From Methylococcaceae bacterium (GTDB lineage Bacteria; Pseudomonadota; Gammaproteobacteria; Methylococcales; Methylomonadaceae), in contig JBJPGG010000004.1 in the NCBI GenBank assembly GCA_048595505.1, positions 5,683 to 69,682 on the forward strand: DNA of 64,000 nt, in the 5' to 3' direction. Both the position numbers and the translations under genes were made by a program. The notes under the pieces are model-generated. The model was not told the origin of the DNA, ran no database searches, and saw nothing but the letters and a program-made list of their open reading frames with translations. This document shows positions 1 to 8,237 of the stretch, one piece after another (position 1 is the first letter of the stretch; each line of letters starts with the position of its first letter).

Positions 1-53
1 TACTCATCAAAGGATCGTCCCCAAGGGACAACTTTTTGTAAATTAAACCCCAT
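1..53 (-). CDS. 5' end of a gene running off the window edge (17 codons visible: MGFNLQKVVPWGRSFDE); possibly a SAM-dependent methyltransferase-like protein
   Basis: ATG at 53-51 on the minus strand with GGAGA (59-63) 5 nt upstream. The frame stays open to position 1. The product guess rests only on my recollection of a VVPWGRS N-terminal motif and cannot be verified from 17 codons. Confidence 0.3.
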   Translation of the reverse strand, partial: MGFNLQKVVPWGRSFDE

Positions 54-67
54 TATTTTCTCCAGGC

Positions 68-103
68 AAAAAAAAGGCCGCAGATTCGGATGAACCTGCG
101 GCC
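68..103 (-). terminator. Rho-independent terminator or attenuator hairpin directly upstream of the truncated minus-strand gene
   Basis: 8-bp GC-rich stem GGCCGCAG (76-83) / CTGCGGCC (96-103) with a 12-nt loop. On the minus strand it is followed by a run of 8 U (A-run 68-75 on plus); on the plus strand only TTTT follows. Confidence 0.6.
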
Positions 104-237
104 TTTTATATTAAATTTGAAATAATTGCTTACACTATTTAATCACTTTTAAAACACACAGATTCACCTCCGGCAATATGTCGTAGCCAGCGCCAAGTTG
201 ATAATCTGTTGTTTTGTGAATTGAAAAGCATGAGTAC

Positions 238-266
238 AGTATGCGCAATTTTTATTATGTAGTCAA
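238..266 (-). promoter_or_regulatory. Candidate sigma70 promoter (TTGACT-N17-CATACT) that could drive a ~165-nt leader or sRNA ending at the 68-103 terminator
   Basis: On the minus strand the -35 TTGACT is at 266-261 and the -10 CATACT at 243-238, with a 17-nt spacer. Sequence match only. Confidence 0.3.
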
Positions 267-515
267 ATACTATACTCTACTACAAATGCGTTGAAGGTCA
301 TCCAGTTTTTTCAACAGATTTTTGCAACATAAAGCTGGGTTGTACACCATTAACTTGGCCAAAACATATAAATTTTCCTAAAATAAATGTCTGATAGGTC
401 TTCATAACAGCGACTATTAATAATCAAAAGATTGTCCTGTAATTAGTTAACAGACTTCATTACAATATTGATAGAGAGTTTGAGAATAGTAAAGCTATAT
501 TAAATAGGAAGTATT

Positions 516-1313
516 ATGGAAATAATAAAAAAATTAGTTATCTTGTTTGCGAGTATCACAATTTGTATAGCAAATAATGCGCAAGCAGAAATTCGTTCCG
601 AAGTTGTAAACTATCAAATCGGGGGGCAACCGTTTCAAGGATACTTGAGTTACGACGATGCAATAACAACTAAACGTCCTGGCATTTTAGTGGTCCATGA
701 ATGGTGGGGGCATAATGCATACGCCAGAAAACGTGCTGATATGCTGGCTGCTATGGGCTATACAGCTTTTGCTTTAGATATGTATGGTGCTGGAAAACTG
801 GCTAAGCACCCTGACGATGCACAAAAATTCATGCAAGCTACTTTAGCTGATATGCATGTTGCAGAAGCCCGTTTTAATGCTGCTGTATCGGTACTACAAA
901 AACATTCAACTGTATCGTCAAATAAAATAGCGGCAATTGGTTATTGCTTTGGCGGCGGTACTGTTTTGCATATGGCAAGAGTCGGTGCAGATTTGGCTGG
1001 TGTGGTTAGTTTTCATGGTTCTTTAGCAACTAAAACAACTGCTAAAGCAGGGCAGGTCAAGGCTAAAATACTGGTTTTTAATGGTGCTGATGACCCTTTT
1101 GTTACAGCTGAGCAGATTACTGGTCTCAAGCAGGAAATGAAAACTGCGGGTGCAGACCTGAAATTTGTAAATTACTCCGGTGTAAAACACAGTTTTACCA
1201 ACTCAGAAGCTGACGTTTTCGGTAAACGATTTAATTTGCCGCTGATTTATAATGCTGAAGCAGACAAGGATTCCTGGCAGCGTATGCAAGTTTTTTTAGG
1301 CTTACTGTTTTAA
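516..1313 (+). CDS. Secreted dienelactone hydrolase family protein
   Basis: 265-aa ORF with a signal peptide (MEIIKKLVILFASITICIANNAQA). It carries the HEWWG motif, the GYCFGG nucleophile elbow and a C-terminal VKHSF His, all typical of DLH-fold hydrolases. Confidence 0.85.
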   Translation: MEIIKKLVILFASITICIANNAQAEIRSEVVNYQIGGQPFQGYLSYDDAITTKRPGILVVHEWWGHNAYARKRADMLAAMGYTAFALDMYGAGKLAKHPDDAQKFMQATLADMHVAEARFNAAVSVLQKHSTVSSNKIAAIGYCFGGGTVLHMARVGADLAGVVSFHGSLATKTTAKAGQVKAKILVFNGADDPFVTAEQITGLKQEMKTAGADLKFVNYSGVKHSFTNSEADVFGKRFNLPLIYNAEADKDSWQRMQVFLGLLF

Positions 1314-1560
1314 GATATCTATACGTGATGTATAAAGAAAAGGATTTAATAATTTTTGCTTTTTCTGTTGTATGAGTTCAGTCATATTTCCACAGAAAAA
1401 CATTCGGTGCCATCTTTCACTCTAAAGCTGGCACCGGCTGATTTAATAATCGAAATATTTTCTGAATTGATTAAATAATATAAATCGATTCTACCAAAGA
1501 CTGGCTTTTGTGTGATATTAGACCGGTATAGAATTCATGCAAGCGGTCCCAGGATAAAAT

Positions 1561-1926
1561 TTATGTTTCATTTTTTATTTGGTCATACTTTATCCGCGCC
1601 TGGTGAATCTCATCTGCATGTTCATTACTCCAGTTTACAATAGAATTAAATAATGGTTTAAGGCTGTCAGCAAGTTCTGTTAGGCTGTATTCAACACGAG
1701 GAGGAATTTGTTCGTATTGCCTGCGGATAACTAAACCGTCTCGCTGCAGTTCTCGCAATTGTTGTGTTAACATTTTTTGAGAAACCCCACCAATAGCTCG
1801 TTGCAACTGGTTAAAACGCATTTCCTCATCTTTAAGGTGCCATAAAATTTCAGGCTTCCATCTGCCAGCAATAATGCTCAATGTGTTTCCAATTGGGCAA
1901 GAGGAATTATGTTGATGTTTGGCCAT
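1561..1926 (-). CDS. HxlR-family winged-helix transcriptional regulator
   Basis: 121 aa with CPIGNTLSIIAGRWKPEILWHL...FNQLQRAIGGVSQKMLTQQLRELQRDGLV...PPRVEYSLT, the classic HxlR pattern. It is divergent from the pirin/FMN-reductase/GFA genes. Confidence 0.9.
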   Translation of the reverse strand: MAKHQHNSSCPIGNTLSIIAGRWKPEILWHLKDEEMRFNQLQRAIGGVSQKMLTQQLRELQRDGLVIRRQYEQIPPRVEYSLTELADSLKPLFNSIVNWSNEHADEIHQARIKYDQIKNET

Positions 1927-2026
1927 ATAATCTCCCTAAACAGGTGGTTACTAAAAGGTACCTAGTTGACAAAAGTAATGCATAAGATACATCATGGTTG
2001 TGTGATTTTACAACAGGGGGATTGTA

Positions 2027-2707
2027 ATGAGTCTACAAATATTACATAGAAATGATCTGCCACTTGGTGGATTTGAAGGTTTAAAAGAGTATCGCCTTAT
2101 CGTTGATAAAAAAGTGGGTGGTGGAAATGATACATGGGATGGTCTTGGGGATTTCGTGTATCTGGCTGATGCACAGTTTTTAGCTAAAGGTGAAACTCGT
2201 TTGCACCCCCATAAAGAAATTGATGTCATTTCCATTATGGTTGAAGGACGTGTTGTTCATGAAGGTTCTTTAGAGCATGGTAAGTCTATGAATGCAAATC
2301 AGGCTCAGGCTCAACGTGCTGGAGGGGAAGGTTTTGAGCATAATGAAATCAACCCTGATAATGAGAGAAACCGCATGTTACAGCTGTGGGTATTACCTGA
2401 AACAAAGGGGGAGTCAGCTGATTACAAGTTTTATGATCTTGAGCATGGTAAGTTAACACTTATTTATGGCGGAATTAAAAACCAACATAATACCCTGGAT
2501 AGTCATACCATTATAAAAGCAGGCATCTTAAATGCAGGGCAGAAAATAAACTGTGATGGTGCTTTTATCGCCTATATTACTAGAGGAACGGGGGAGCTTA
2601 ATGCTGAAAGTATTAAGGATGGAGATCTTGTTCGAGGTAACGACTTAAATTTTACTGCAACAACGGATAATGTGTTGTTGTTTGTTGTAACAACAGAAGA
2701 CTTTTAA
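2027..2707 (+). CDS. Pirin-like cupin family protein
   Basis: 226 aa with the cupin metal-site segment LHPHKEIDVISIMVEGRVVHEGS and QLWVLP, as in pirins. An AGGGGGA RBS lies just upstream of the ATG. Confidence 0.65.
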   Translation: MSLQILHRNDLPLGGFEGLKEYRLIVDKKVGGGNDTWDGLGDFVYLADAQFLAKGETRLHPHKEIDVISIMVEGRVVHEGSLEHGKSMNANQAQAQRAGGEGFEHNEINPDNERNRMLQLWVLPETKGESADYKFYDLEHGKLTLIYGGIKNQHNTLDSHTIIKAGILNAGQKINCDGAFIAYITRGTGELNAESIKDGDLVRGNDLNFTATTDNVLLFVVTTEDF

Positions 2708-2724
2708 TTTTATAAGGAAAAACA

Positions 2725-3300
2725 ATGGCAAAGATTGTATTTTTAGCAGGTAGTGCAAGAAAGGAATCTCTAAATAAAAAACTGGCAAGCTTAGCTGCTA
2801 ATATGGCTGAGGCCGCAGGAGCTGAGGTAACGATAGTTGATCTGAAAGATTATGAAATGCCACTTTACAATGGTGATTTGGAAAAGGAACAAGGTATTCC
2901 AAATAATGCTAAGAAGCTAAAGCAAGTATTTATAGACCATGATGGTTTTTTTATTGCGTCTCCAGAATACAACAGTTCTTTTTCTGCATTGCTGAAAAAT
3001 ACAATCGACTGGATGTCCAGGCCTGATGAAGAAAATGAAAGGCCGCTGGTTGCTTATAAAGGTAAAGTCGCTGCTTTAGGTGCTGTTTCTCCCGGTGCAT
3101 TGGGCGGATTACGGGGTCTTGTACCACTAAGAATGTTGCTTGGAAATATTGGCGTTACAGTTATTCCATCACAAATTGCAATTGGAGCTGGTTTTAAGGC
3201 ATTTGATTCAGAAGGAAAGCTGATTGATGAGGGGCAGTCAAAAATGCTTCAAGTCATTATTGTTGAACTGCTTAGAACAGCGGATAGATTAAAAGACTAA
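2725..3300 (+). CDS. NAD(P)H-dependent FMN reductase family oxidoreductase
   Basis: 191 aa with KIVFLAGSARKESLNKKL and FIASPEYNSSFSALLKNTIDW, characteristic of the FMN_red flavodoxin-like fold. Confidence 0.85.
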   Translation: MAKIVFLAGSARKESLNKKLASLAANMAEAAGAEVTIVDLKDYEMPLYNGDLEKEQGIPNNAKKLKQVFIDHDGFFIASPEYNSSFSALLKNTIDWMSRPDEENERPLVAYKGKVAALGAVSPGALGGLRGLVPLRMLLGNIGVTVIPSQIAIGAGFKAFDSEGKLIDEGQSKMLQVIIVELLRTADRLKD

Positions 3301-3305
3301 TCAAT

Positions 3306-3713
3306 ATGCCTTATAAAGGTGAATGTTTATGTGGTGGGATTAAATATGAAGTTGATAACATAGCAGGCAAAATGGCGCATTGTTATTGCATCATGTGTCG
3401 TAAGTTTCATGGTGCTGCATACTCTACATTTGCTGAAGTGAAAATAGAACACTTCCGTTGGCTGCAAGGAAAAGAATTGCTTAAAAGCTATCTGGCAACT
3501 AATGGTACAACACGACAGTTTTGTAGCGTGTGTGGATCAAGTATGACATTCTCATCATCAAAAAATTCTGCTGAAACTGTTGAGTTTTCCCTAGGTACAT
3601 TAGATAGTGAGATATTATTATCACCTGATGCGCATGTTCATGTCGCCTCAAAAGCAAATTGGACAATAATCTGTGATAATTTGCCACAATATGATGGAGA
3701 CAGGGGCAGTTAA
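3306..3713 (+). CDS. GFA (glutathione-dependent formaldehyde-activating enzyme / CENP-V) family zinc protein
   Basis: 135 aa with the Cys pattern CLCGGIKY, CYCIMCRKFHGA, FCSVCGS typical of GFA domains. Confidence 0.85.
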   Translation: MPYKGECLCGGIKYEVDNIAGKMAHCYCIMCRKFHGAAYSTFAEVKIEHFRWLQGKELLKSYLATNGTTRQFCSVCGSSMTFSSSKNSAETVEFSLGTLDSEILLSPDAHVHVASKANWTIICDNLPQYDGDRGS

Positions 3714-3831
3714 AGTTACCAATTATGAAAGACTTTGAGCAAATATATCAGTGTGCAGCACAAAGAACCGAAATTGCCCTATACACATATTAGTAAAATA
3801 TTGTCCTATTCGGTGGGTGAGGTTTGACCTT

Positions 3832-4114
3832 ATGTGTTTGAGTAAACTAAAAGGTCTTGGCCCAAAGACTGAAAAATACTTGAATGAAATTGGAATTTAT
3901 TCAAAAGACGATCTGGTAAAAATAGGTGCTGTAAATGCATATATTAAACTTCAAAAAGAAAGTCGATTTAAACCGAGTATGAATTTTCTTTATGCAATGG
4001 TTGGTGCTGTTGAAAATGTGATGGGCAAAAATTGCAAAATCAGAAAGGGAACGCTTATTGATGGAGCTTGAAGGATACAGGGCTCTTGAAAAAATACTAG
4101 GGGATGCAGGCTAA
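3832..4114 (+). pseudogene. TfoX/Sxy C-terminal-domain gene interrupted by a 1-nt frameshift
   Basis: From ATG 3832 the sequence reads MCLSKLKGLGPKTEKYLNEIGIYSKDDLVKIGAVNAYIKLQK...NFLYAMVGAVENV, then drifts out of frame. The +1 frame opening at 4022 reads WAKIAKSERERLLMELEGYRALEKILGDAG* with its stop at 4112-4114. Removing one nt near 4021 restores a typical TfoX_C domain end. Confidence 0.6.
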
Positions 4115-4121
4115 AAGATAG

Positions 4122-4322
4122 ATGAAAAACCCAGATAGAAATTCTATTTCACAACTTGATGAATTGCATAAATCACTGTGTGCTGTATTAAGGAAAAGAA
4201 TAGACCCGTGTGTGATTGATGTGTTTTTGTCTGCAATATATTTTATGGAAGGGGGAGAGTCTCTTTCTTGGTGGTTATTTACTGATGAAAGAAAAAAGTA
4301 TTTAACGGGTATGGAGAATTAA
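4122..4322 (+). CDS. Hypothetical small protein (66 aa)
   Basis: The ORF ends 8 nt before the HD-domain reading frame. I recognised no motif, and it sits in the decaying region, so function and expression are uncertain. Confidence 0.3.
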   Translation: MKNPDRNSISQLDELHKSLCAVLRKRIDPCVIDVFLSAIYFMEGGESLSWWLFTDERKKYLTGMEN

Positions 4323-4330
4323 GGTGTTTT

Positions 4331-4843
4331 ATGTCAATTGAACTGAATATTCCATTATTAGAAGAGATTATAGATAAATGGAAGCAGGTAATAAATAAAG
4401 ATTTCGTGGCTTATAAAAACCATCTTTATCGTATGATACATTTTTGTTTCTACTTGCATGATACGACTGAAGAAGAAAGGCAGAAATTAATTGTTGCCGC
4501 CTGTTTCCATGATCTCGGGTTGTGAACAGATAAAACCGTTGATTAATTGCCACCTTTAATTGTGGTAGCCCAAAATTATTTATAGCAAAATAATCTTCAG
4601 CATTGGGCTGATGAAATGACACTGATTATTGATATGCATCATAAGGTGACTAGGTGTATAAATACTGAATATCCATTAGTTGAGGTTTTTCGCAAAGCTG
4701 ATTTGGCAGACTTTTCTTTAGGTTTGATAAAGGGCGGAGTTTCAGCCAGCTATGTTAGAGAGGTTAGAGCCGCTTTCCCAAGTGCAGGGTTTCATAAAAT
4801 GTTGTGTAAAGAACAAGGTAAATGGTTATTACAAACCCCTTAA
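4331..4843 (+). pseudogene. HD-domain phosphohydrolase-like gene with three in-frame stop codons
   Basis: Track ORFs 4331-4525 and 4616-4843 lie in the same frame. Reading through gives ...AACFHDLGL*TDKTVD*LPPLIVVAQNYL*QNNLQHWADEMTLIIDMHHK..., with TGA 4523-4525, TAA 4544-4546 and TAG 4583-4585. Confidence 0.7.
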
Positions 4844-5013
4844 ATCCGGTTCCAATAATTAAGTGGTAATGAAAAGCTATTGTTTCTCGATGTTTCCTAA
4901 GGCTTTGTAAAGTAATGTAATTGTCTCAATATGCTGTTTTAAATGTTTGGTATTCACATCGTATTCAGTATGGCTGAGATATCCTGGCTTACAATAATTC
5001 AGGAGAAATCATT

Positions 5014-5517
5014 ATGAAAATTATGGCAAAGGTAAGCATGCTGGCTTTAGTGTTGTTGCTGAATGGGTGTGCACATTATGTTGGACATTCTTCCGGTTAC
5101 TCCGGTAGTAGTGGGTATGGATTTGGTGTTAGTAGTAATATACCTTATAACTCTTATACGGTTTATCATGACAGAGAGCTCCATCGGCATAAATATTACA
5201 AACCTCATGATGATTCTCATCATTACTACAATGACAAGCATTATAAGAAGAAAGCTAAGCATCATTACTATGATAATAAAAAGCATTACAAACAAAATCA
5301 CCGTTCTTATGTAAAGAGCAAGCACTCTAAATATAAGCATAATAGAAAGTCTGAATATTATGCAGATAGAGGCTTAAGGGATAGATATGAATCAGGGTCA
5401 AGGGTCAGAAAAAACAATCATTCTGGAAGTTTTTCTAAACGAAGGTCTGGTTCGGGTGATAAAAGCAGGAGAGGGGATGGTAAAAGGTCTAGAAAAAATT
5501 ATTACAGGGATAGATAA
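5014..5517 (+). CDS. Lipoprotein with a His/Tyr/Lys-rich low-complexity region and an Arg/Ser/Gly-rich basic tail
   Basis: AGGAGA RBS upstream. The signal peptide has lipobox LLNGC (Cys19). Residues 52-116 contain 13 His, 12 Tyr and 15 Lys out of 65 by hand count. Confidence 0.7.
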   Translation: MKIMAKVSMLALVLLLNGCAHYVGHSSGYSGSSGYGFGVSSNIPYNSYTVYHDRELHRHKYYKPHDDSHHYYNDKHYKKKAKHHYYDNKKHYKQNHRSYVKSKHSKYKHNRKSEYYADRGLRDRYESGSRVRKNNHSGSFSKRRSGSGDKSRRGDGKRSRKNYYRDR

Positions 5518-5603
5518 AAAGTAGAGACCTTTAATTTATGAGTGCATTGAGCGGATGAGTGAATTAAGATGACTATCTGTTCAATGGCATAAGGTAATGA
5601 ATT

Positions 5604-5883
5604 ATGGGCTTTCAATCTATTCGATTTTTTCACGAAATCAGGATTGATGATATTGCATTAGTGGGCGGTAAAAACGTTTCATTGGGAGAAATATTTCAGA
5701 AATTTGAGTCACAGGGAGTCAAGGTGCCGAACGATTTTGCAATGACTGCTTTTAGGCCTACCGTAACGTTCTGGTTATCCTGAAATAGCTGAATTTTTGG
5801 TGGGAATTGGTATAGAGTCGATGAGTCTAAATCCAGATGCTGTGATTAAAATAACCTTACATGTGCTAGGAGTGGAAAAATAG
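5604..5883 (+). pseudogene. ppsA: Remnant of phosphoenolpyruvate synthase (ppsA) retaining only N- and C-terminal fragments
   Basis: 5604-5783 encodes MGFQSIRFFHEIRIDDIALVGGKNVSLGEIFQKFESQGVKVPNDFAMTAF..., which matches the E. coli PpsA N-terminus (VDRVGGKNASLGEM...VSVPNGFATTADAF). A shifted frame up to the stop at 5881-5883 reads YPEIAEFLVGIGIESMSLNPDAVIKITLHVLGVEK, which matches the PpsA C-terminus (DFAAWLMEEGIDSLSLNPDTVVQTWLSLAEL). About 700 internal codons are absent. Confidence 0.75.
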
Positions 5884-5957
5884 ACTGCTAGAACAAAAAG
5901 AGGGGTAGGAGGAGATTAGCTTGAAAAACAAAGAAAATATTTTGGTAGCTTAAAAAA

Positions 5958-7700
5958 ATGTACATTATATTCAAAGAGTATAGTCGGGTTGTATGGCAAA
6001 AAAAGTGGTATTTTTTACTTTGTATCCTAGGCCTGACCAGTGCGACGGTGCTTAATTTTTATGTGCCCGTTATTTACAAGGATATTGCTAACGGTCTGAC
6101 GCAGGAATATTCAGACGCCACGTTAGAGATGTTACTGCATAACCTGTTTCTTATTGGCGTGTTTTATGCGGGTGTCTGGCTATCATGGCGAGTATTGGAA
6201 ATAGGCATTATTCCAGTGGATGGCGGTGGTGTAAATTTGCTGGAAAAACGATGTTTTGATGTATTAAAAAAGCAGAAATATATTTTTTTTGAAAATAGTT
6301 TTTCCGGAAGTTTGATTAAGCAGGCAAACCGCTTTTCACGCTCTTTTGAAATCATCATGGATTGGTGTTTGTTTCAGTTGTTTCAAAACATACTGGCAAT
6401 AGGGATTGCATTTGTTATTTTCTACCAGCAGCAGCCAATGTTTGCTTTGTATTTTCTTGCTTGGGTAGTGTTGTATCTGCTTTGGAATGTTGGTTTTTCT
6501 GTCTGGAAACTAAAATTTGACAAGGCAGTGGCTAAAGCTGATTCTAATGTAGGTGGTGTTTATTCGGATGCAATTAGTAATATTTTTATAGTAAAAAGTT
6601 TTGTCATGGAAGACAAAGAGCAGCAACGGATCAATCAAGCTTCAGACCAAGTTTATCGTCGTAAAAAGATTGCTTGGATATTAATGTTTATTTCTTTTGC
6701 CGTACAGGGATTGATGGTATTTAGTATTGAATTGTTGTTGATGTACTTGATGATTGGTAAATGGCAATTGGGTGATTTTCAGGTGGGTGAGTTTGTGTTG
6801 TTTCAGTCGATACTATTAATGCTTATTCAGCGACTTTGGGAGTTTGGGCGAAATCTGCGTAACTTTTTTACGGCACTGGCGGATGCGGCTGAGATGTCGG
6901 AAGTATTCAAAAATGCCGACCTGGAAGTCGACTCTCCTCACGCTAAAGCACAACAAATTAGCAAGGGTAAAATTACTTTTAATAAGGTGTGTTTTGCCTA
7001 TGAGGGTCATAAGTCGTTGTTTCAGAATTTCTCTTTACAGATCGAAGCAGGAGAAAAAGTGGCTCTGGTTGGAGAGTCTGGTTCAGGAAAAACCTCTTTG
7101 ACCCGCTTGTTGTTCCGGTTTGTGGAACCACAAAGTGGAACAATTATGTTTGATAATATTAATAGCCAGGAGTTTACTTTGGCTTCTTTGCGTGAGCAAA
7201 TATCTTTAATTCCACAGCAACCTGAGTTATTCCATCGCACTGTGCGAGACAACATTATATTAGGGAATAATGTGTCAGATGAGCAGTTGGAAACTATTGT
7301 AACAAAAGCACAAAGTTTACAGTTTATTCGTGAATTACCTGATCAATTTGATACTAAAGTGGGGGAGCGGGGTGTTAAGTTGTCAGGTGGTGAAAAACAG
7401 CGTATCGCCATAGCTCGTGCCTTGCTTGAAAAGGCACCTATTGTTGTATTAGATGAAGCTACCAGTGCATTGGATTCTCTTACTGAACAACAGATCCAAG
7501 TAGCGATTTTTGATCTGATGAAAAATAAGACTGCTATTGTTATAGCGCATCGCCTTTCAACTATTTTGCGCATGGATCGAATTATCGTATTGGAGCAAGG
7601 TTGTATTATAGAGCAGGGAACGCATCAGCAATTACTTGCAAGACAAGGCAGATATTATCAGATGTGGCGACACCAGAAAGGTGATTTTTTGGGGGATTAG
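5958..7700 (+). CDS. ABC transporter, fused permease/ATPase (type I exporter, MsbA-like architecture)
   Basis: 580 aa with an N-terminal 6-TM-type domain. Motifs present: Walker A GESGSGKTS, signature LSGGEKQR, Walker B VVLDEATSALD. Confidence 0.9.
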   Translation: MYIIFKEYSRVVWQKKWYFLLCILGLTSATVLNFYVPVIYKDIANGLTQEYSDATLEMLLHNLFLIGVFYAGVWLSWRVLEIGIIPVDGGGVNLLEKRCFDVLKKQKYIFFENSFSGSLIKQANRFSRSFEIIMDWCLFQLFQNILAIGIAFVIFYQQQPMFALYFLAWVVLYLLWNVGFSVWKLKFDKAVAKADSNVGGVYSDAISNIFIVKSFVMEDKEQQRINQASDQVYRRKKIAWILMFISFAVQGLMVFSIELLLMYLMIGKWQLGDFQVGEFVLFQSILLMLIQRLWEFGRNLRNFFTALADAAEMSEVFKNADLEVDSPHAKAQQISKGKITFNKVCFAYEGHKSLFQNFSLQIEAGEKVALVGESGSGKTSLTRLLFRFVEPQSGTIMFDNINSQEFTLASLREQISLIPQQPELFHRTVRDNIILGNNVSDEQLETIVTKAQSLQFIRELPDQFDTKVGERGVKLSGGEKQRIAIARALLEKAPIVVLDEATSALDSLTEQQIQVAIFDLMKNKTAIVIAHRLSTILRMDRIIVLEQGCIIEQGTHQQLLARQGRYYQMWRHQKGDFLGD

Positions 7701-7766
7701 TGTAGGCAGGCACTCAGTGAAAGCAACAGAAGTAATTTATATAGAGTGATTATGAGAATAGGTGTT

Positions 7767-7805
7767 TAGAGTCGCAATAGATTGTTTTGCAAGGTTGCGA
7801 CTCTA
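7767..7805. terminator. Hairpin between convergent ABC-exporter and RRM genes (possible bidirectional terminator)
   Basis: Perfect 11-bp stem TAGAGTCGCAA (7767-7777) / TTGCGACTCTA (7795-7805) with a 17-nt loop. There is no strong U-tract on either side. Confidence 0.4.
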
Positions 7806-7867
7806 TACGTCCCGGATTAGCGAATAAAGTTTAACTCGGACTAAATGAGACGGTGGGTTGGAAAGTA

Positions 7868-8131
7868 TTAACGACGTCCTCGGCGTCCGGCCTTGGCAAC
7901 CTCAAAGTTAACTTTAAGTGGTTTTCCGTTAAAGTCTTTGCCATCTAAACCTGTAATGGCGGCTCGCGCTTCATGGCCTTCCATTTCAATAAAACCAAAG
8001 CCCTTACATTGGTCGGAAAAAACATCCATCACTAGTTTTAATGAACGTACCTTGCCAAATTCGGAAAACAGAGTTTCAATGTCTTTTTCGCTAGTGTTGG
8101 CAGGCAAATTGCCAATAAATAGTTTCTTCAT
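7868..8131 (-). CDS. RNA-binding protein with a single RRM (RNP-type) domain
   Basis: 87 aa with RNP-2 LFIGNL, RNP-1 KGFGFIEM and a basic RGRR tail. Confidence 0.9.
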   Translation of the reverse strand: MKKLFIGNLPANTSEKDIETLFSEFGKVRSLKLVMDVFSDQCKGFGFIEMEGHEARAAITGLDGKDFNGKPLKVNFEVAKAGRRGRR

Positions 8132-8179
8132 TTATGTTCCTGTTTAGGAATATGTAGCTTATTATTTTTAATAAGCCGC

Positions 8180-8208
8180 AAAAAAAGAACCCCGCTGTAG
8201 CGGGGTTC
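8180..8208 (-). terminator. Rho-independent terminator of the cold-shock gene
   Basis: Stem GAACCCCGC (8187-8195) / GCGGGGTTC (8200-8208) with a TGTA loop. It is followed on the minus strand by a 7-U run (A-run 8180-8186 on plus). Confidence 0.8.
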
Positions 8209-8237
8209 TGTCGATCGGTAGATCCGATGGGTGTAAT

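Noticed and set aside
2008-2235. 75-aa minus-strand ORF overlapping the pirin start
   Set aside because: It is antisense to a motif-supported gene and has no RBS or recognisable domain.
3751-3831. Upstream extension of the TfoX-C ORF (MCSTKNRNCPIHILVKYCPIRWVRFDL)
   Set aside because: The TfoX_C homology starts at MCLSKLKGLGPK (ATG 3832). The extension has no homology pattern and has a non-ATG start.
5047-5340. Hydrophobic ORFs 5047-5340 (-) and 5063-5314 (+) overlapping the lipoprotein gene
   Set aside because: They are alternative-frame and antisense shadows of the CAT/TAT/AAG-rich low-complexity coding region. They have no RBS, whereas the lipoprotein frame has an RBS, a signal peptide and a lipobox.
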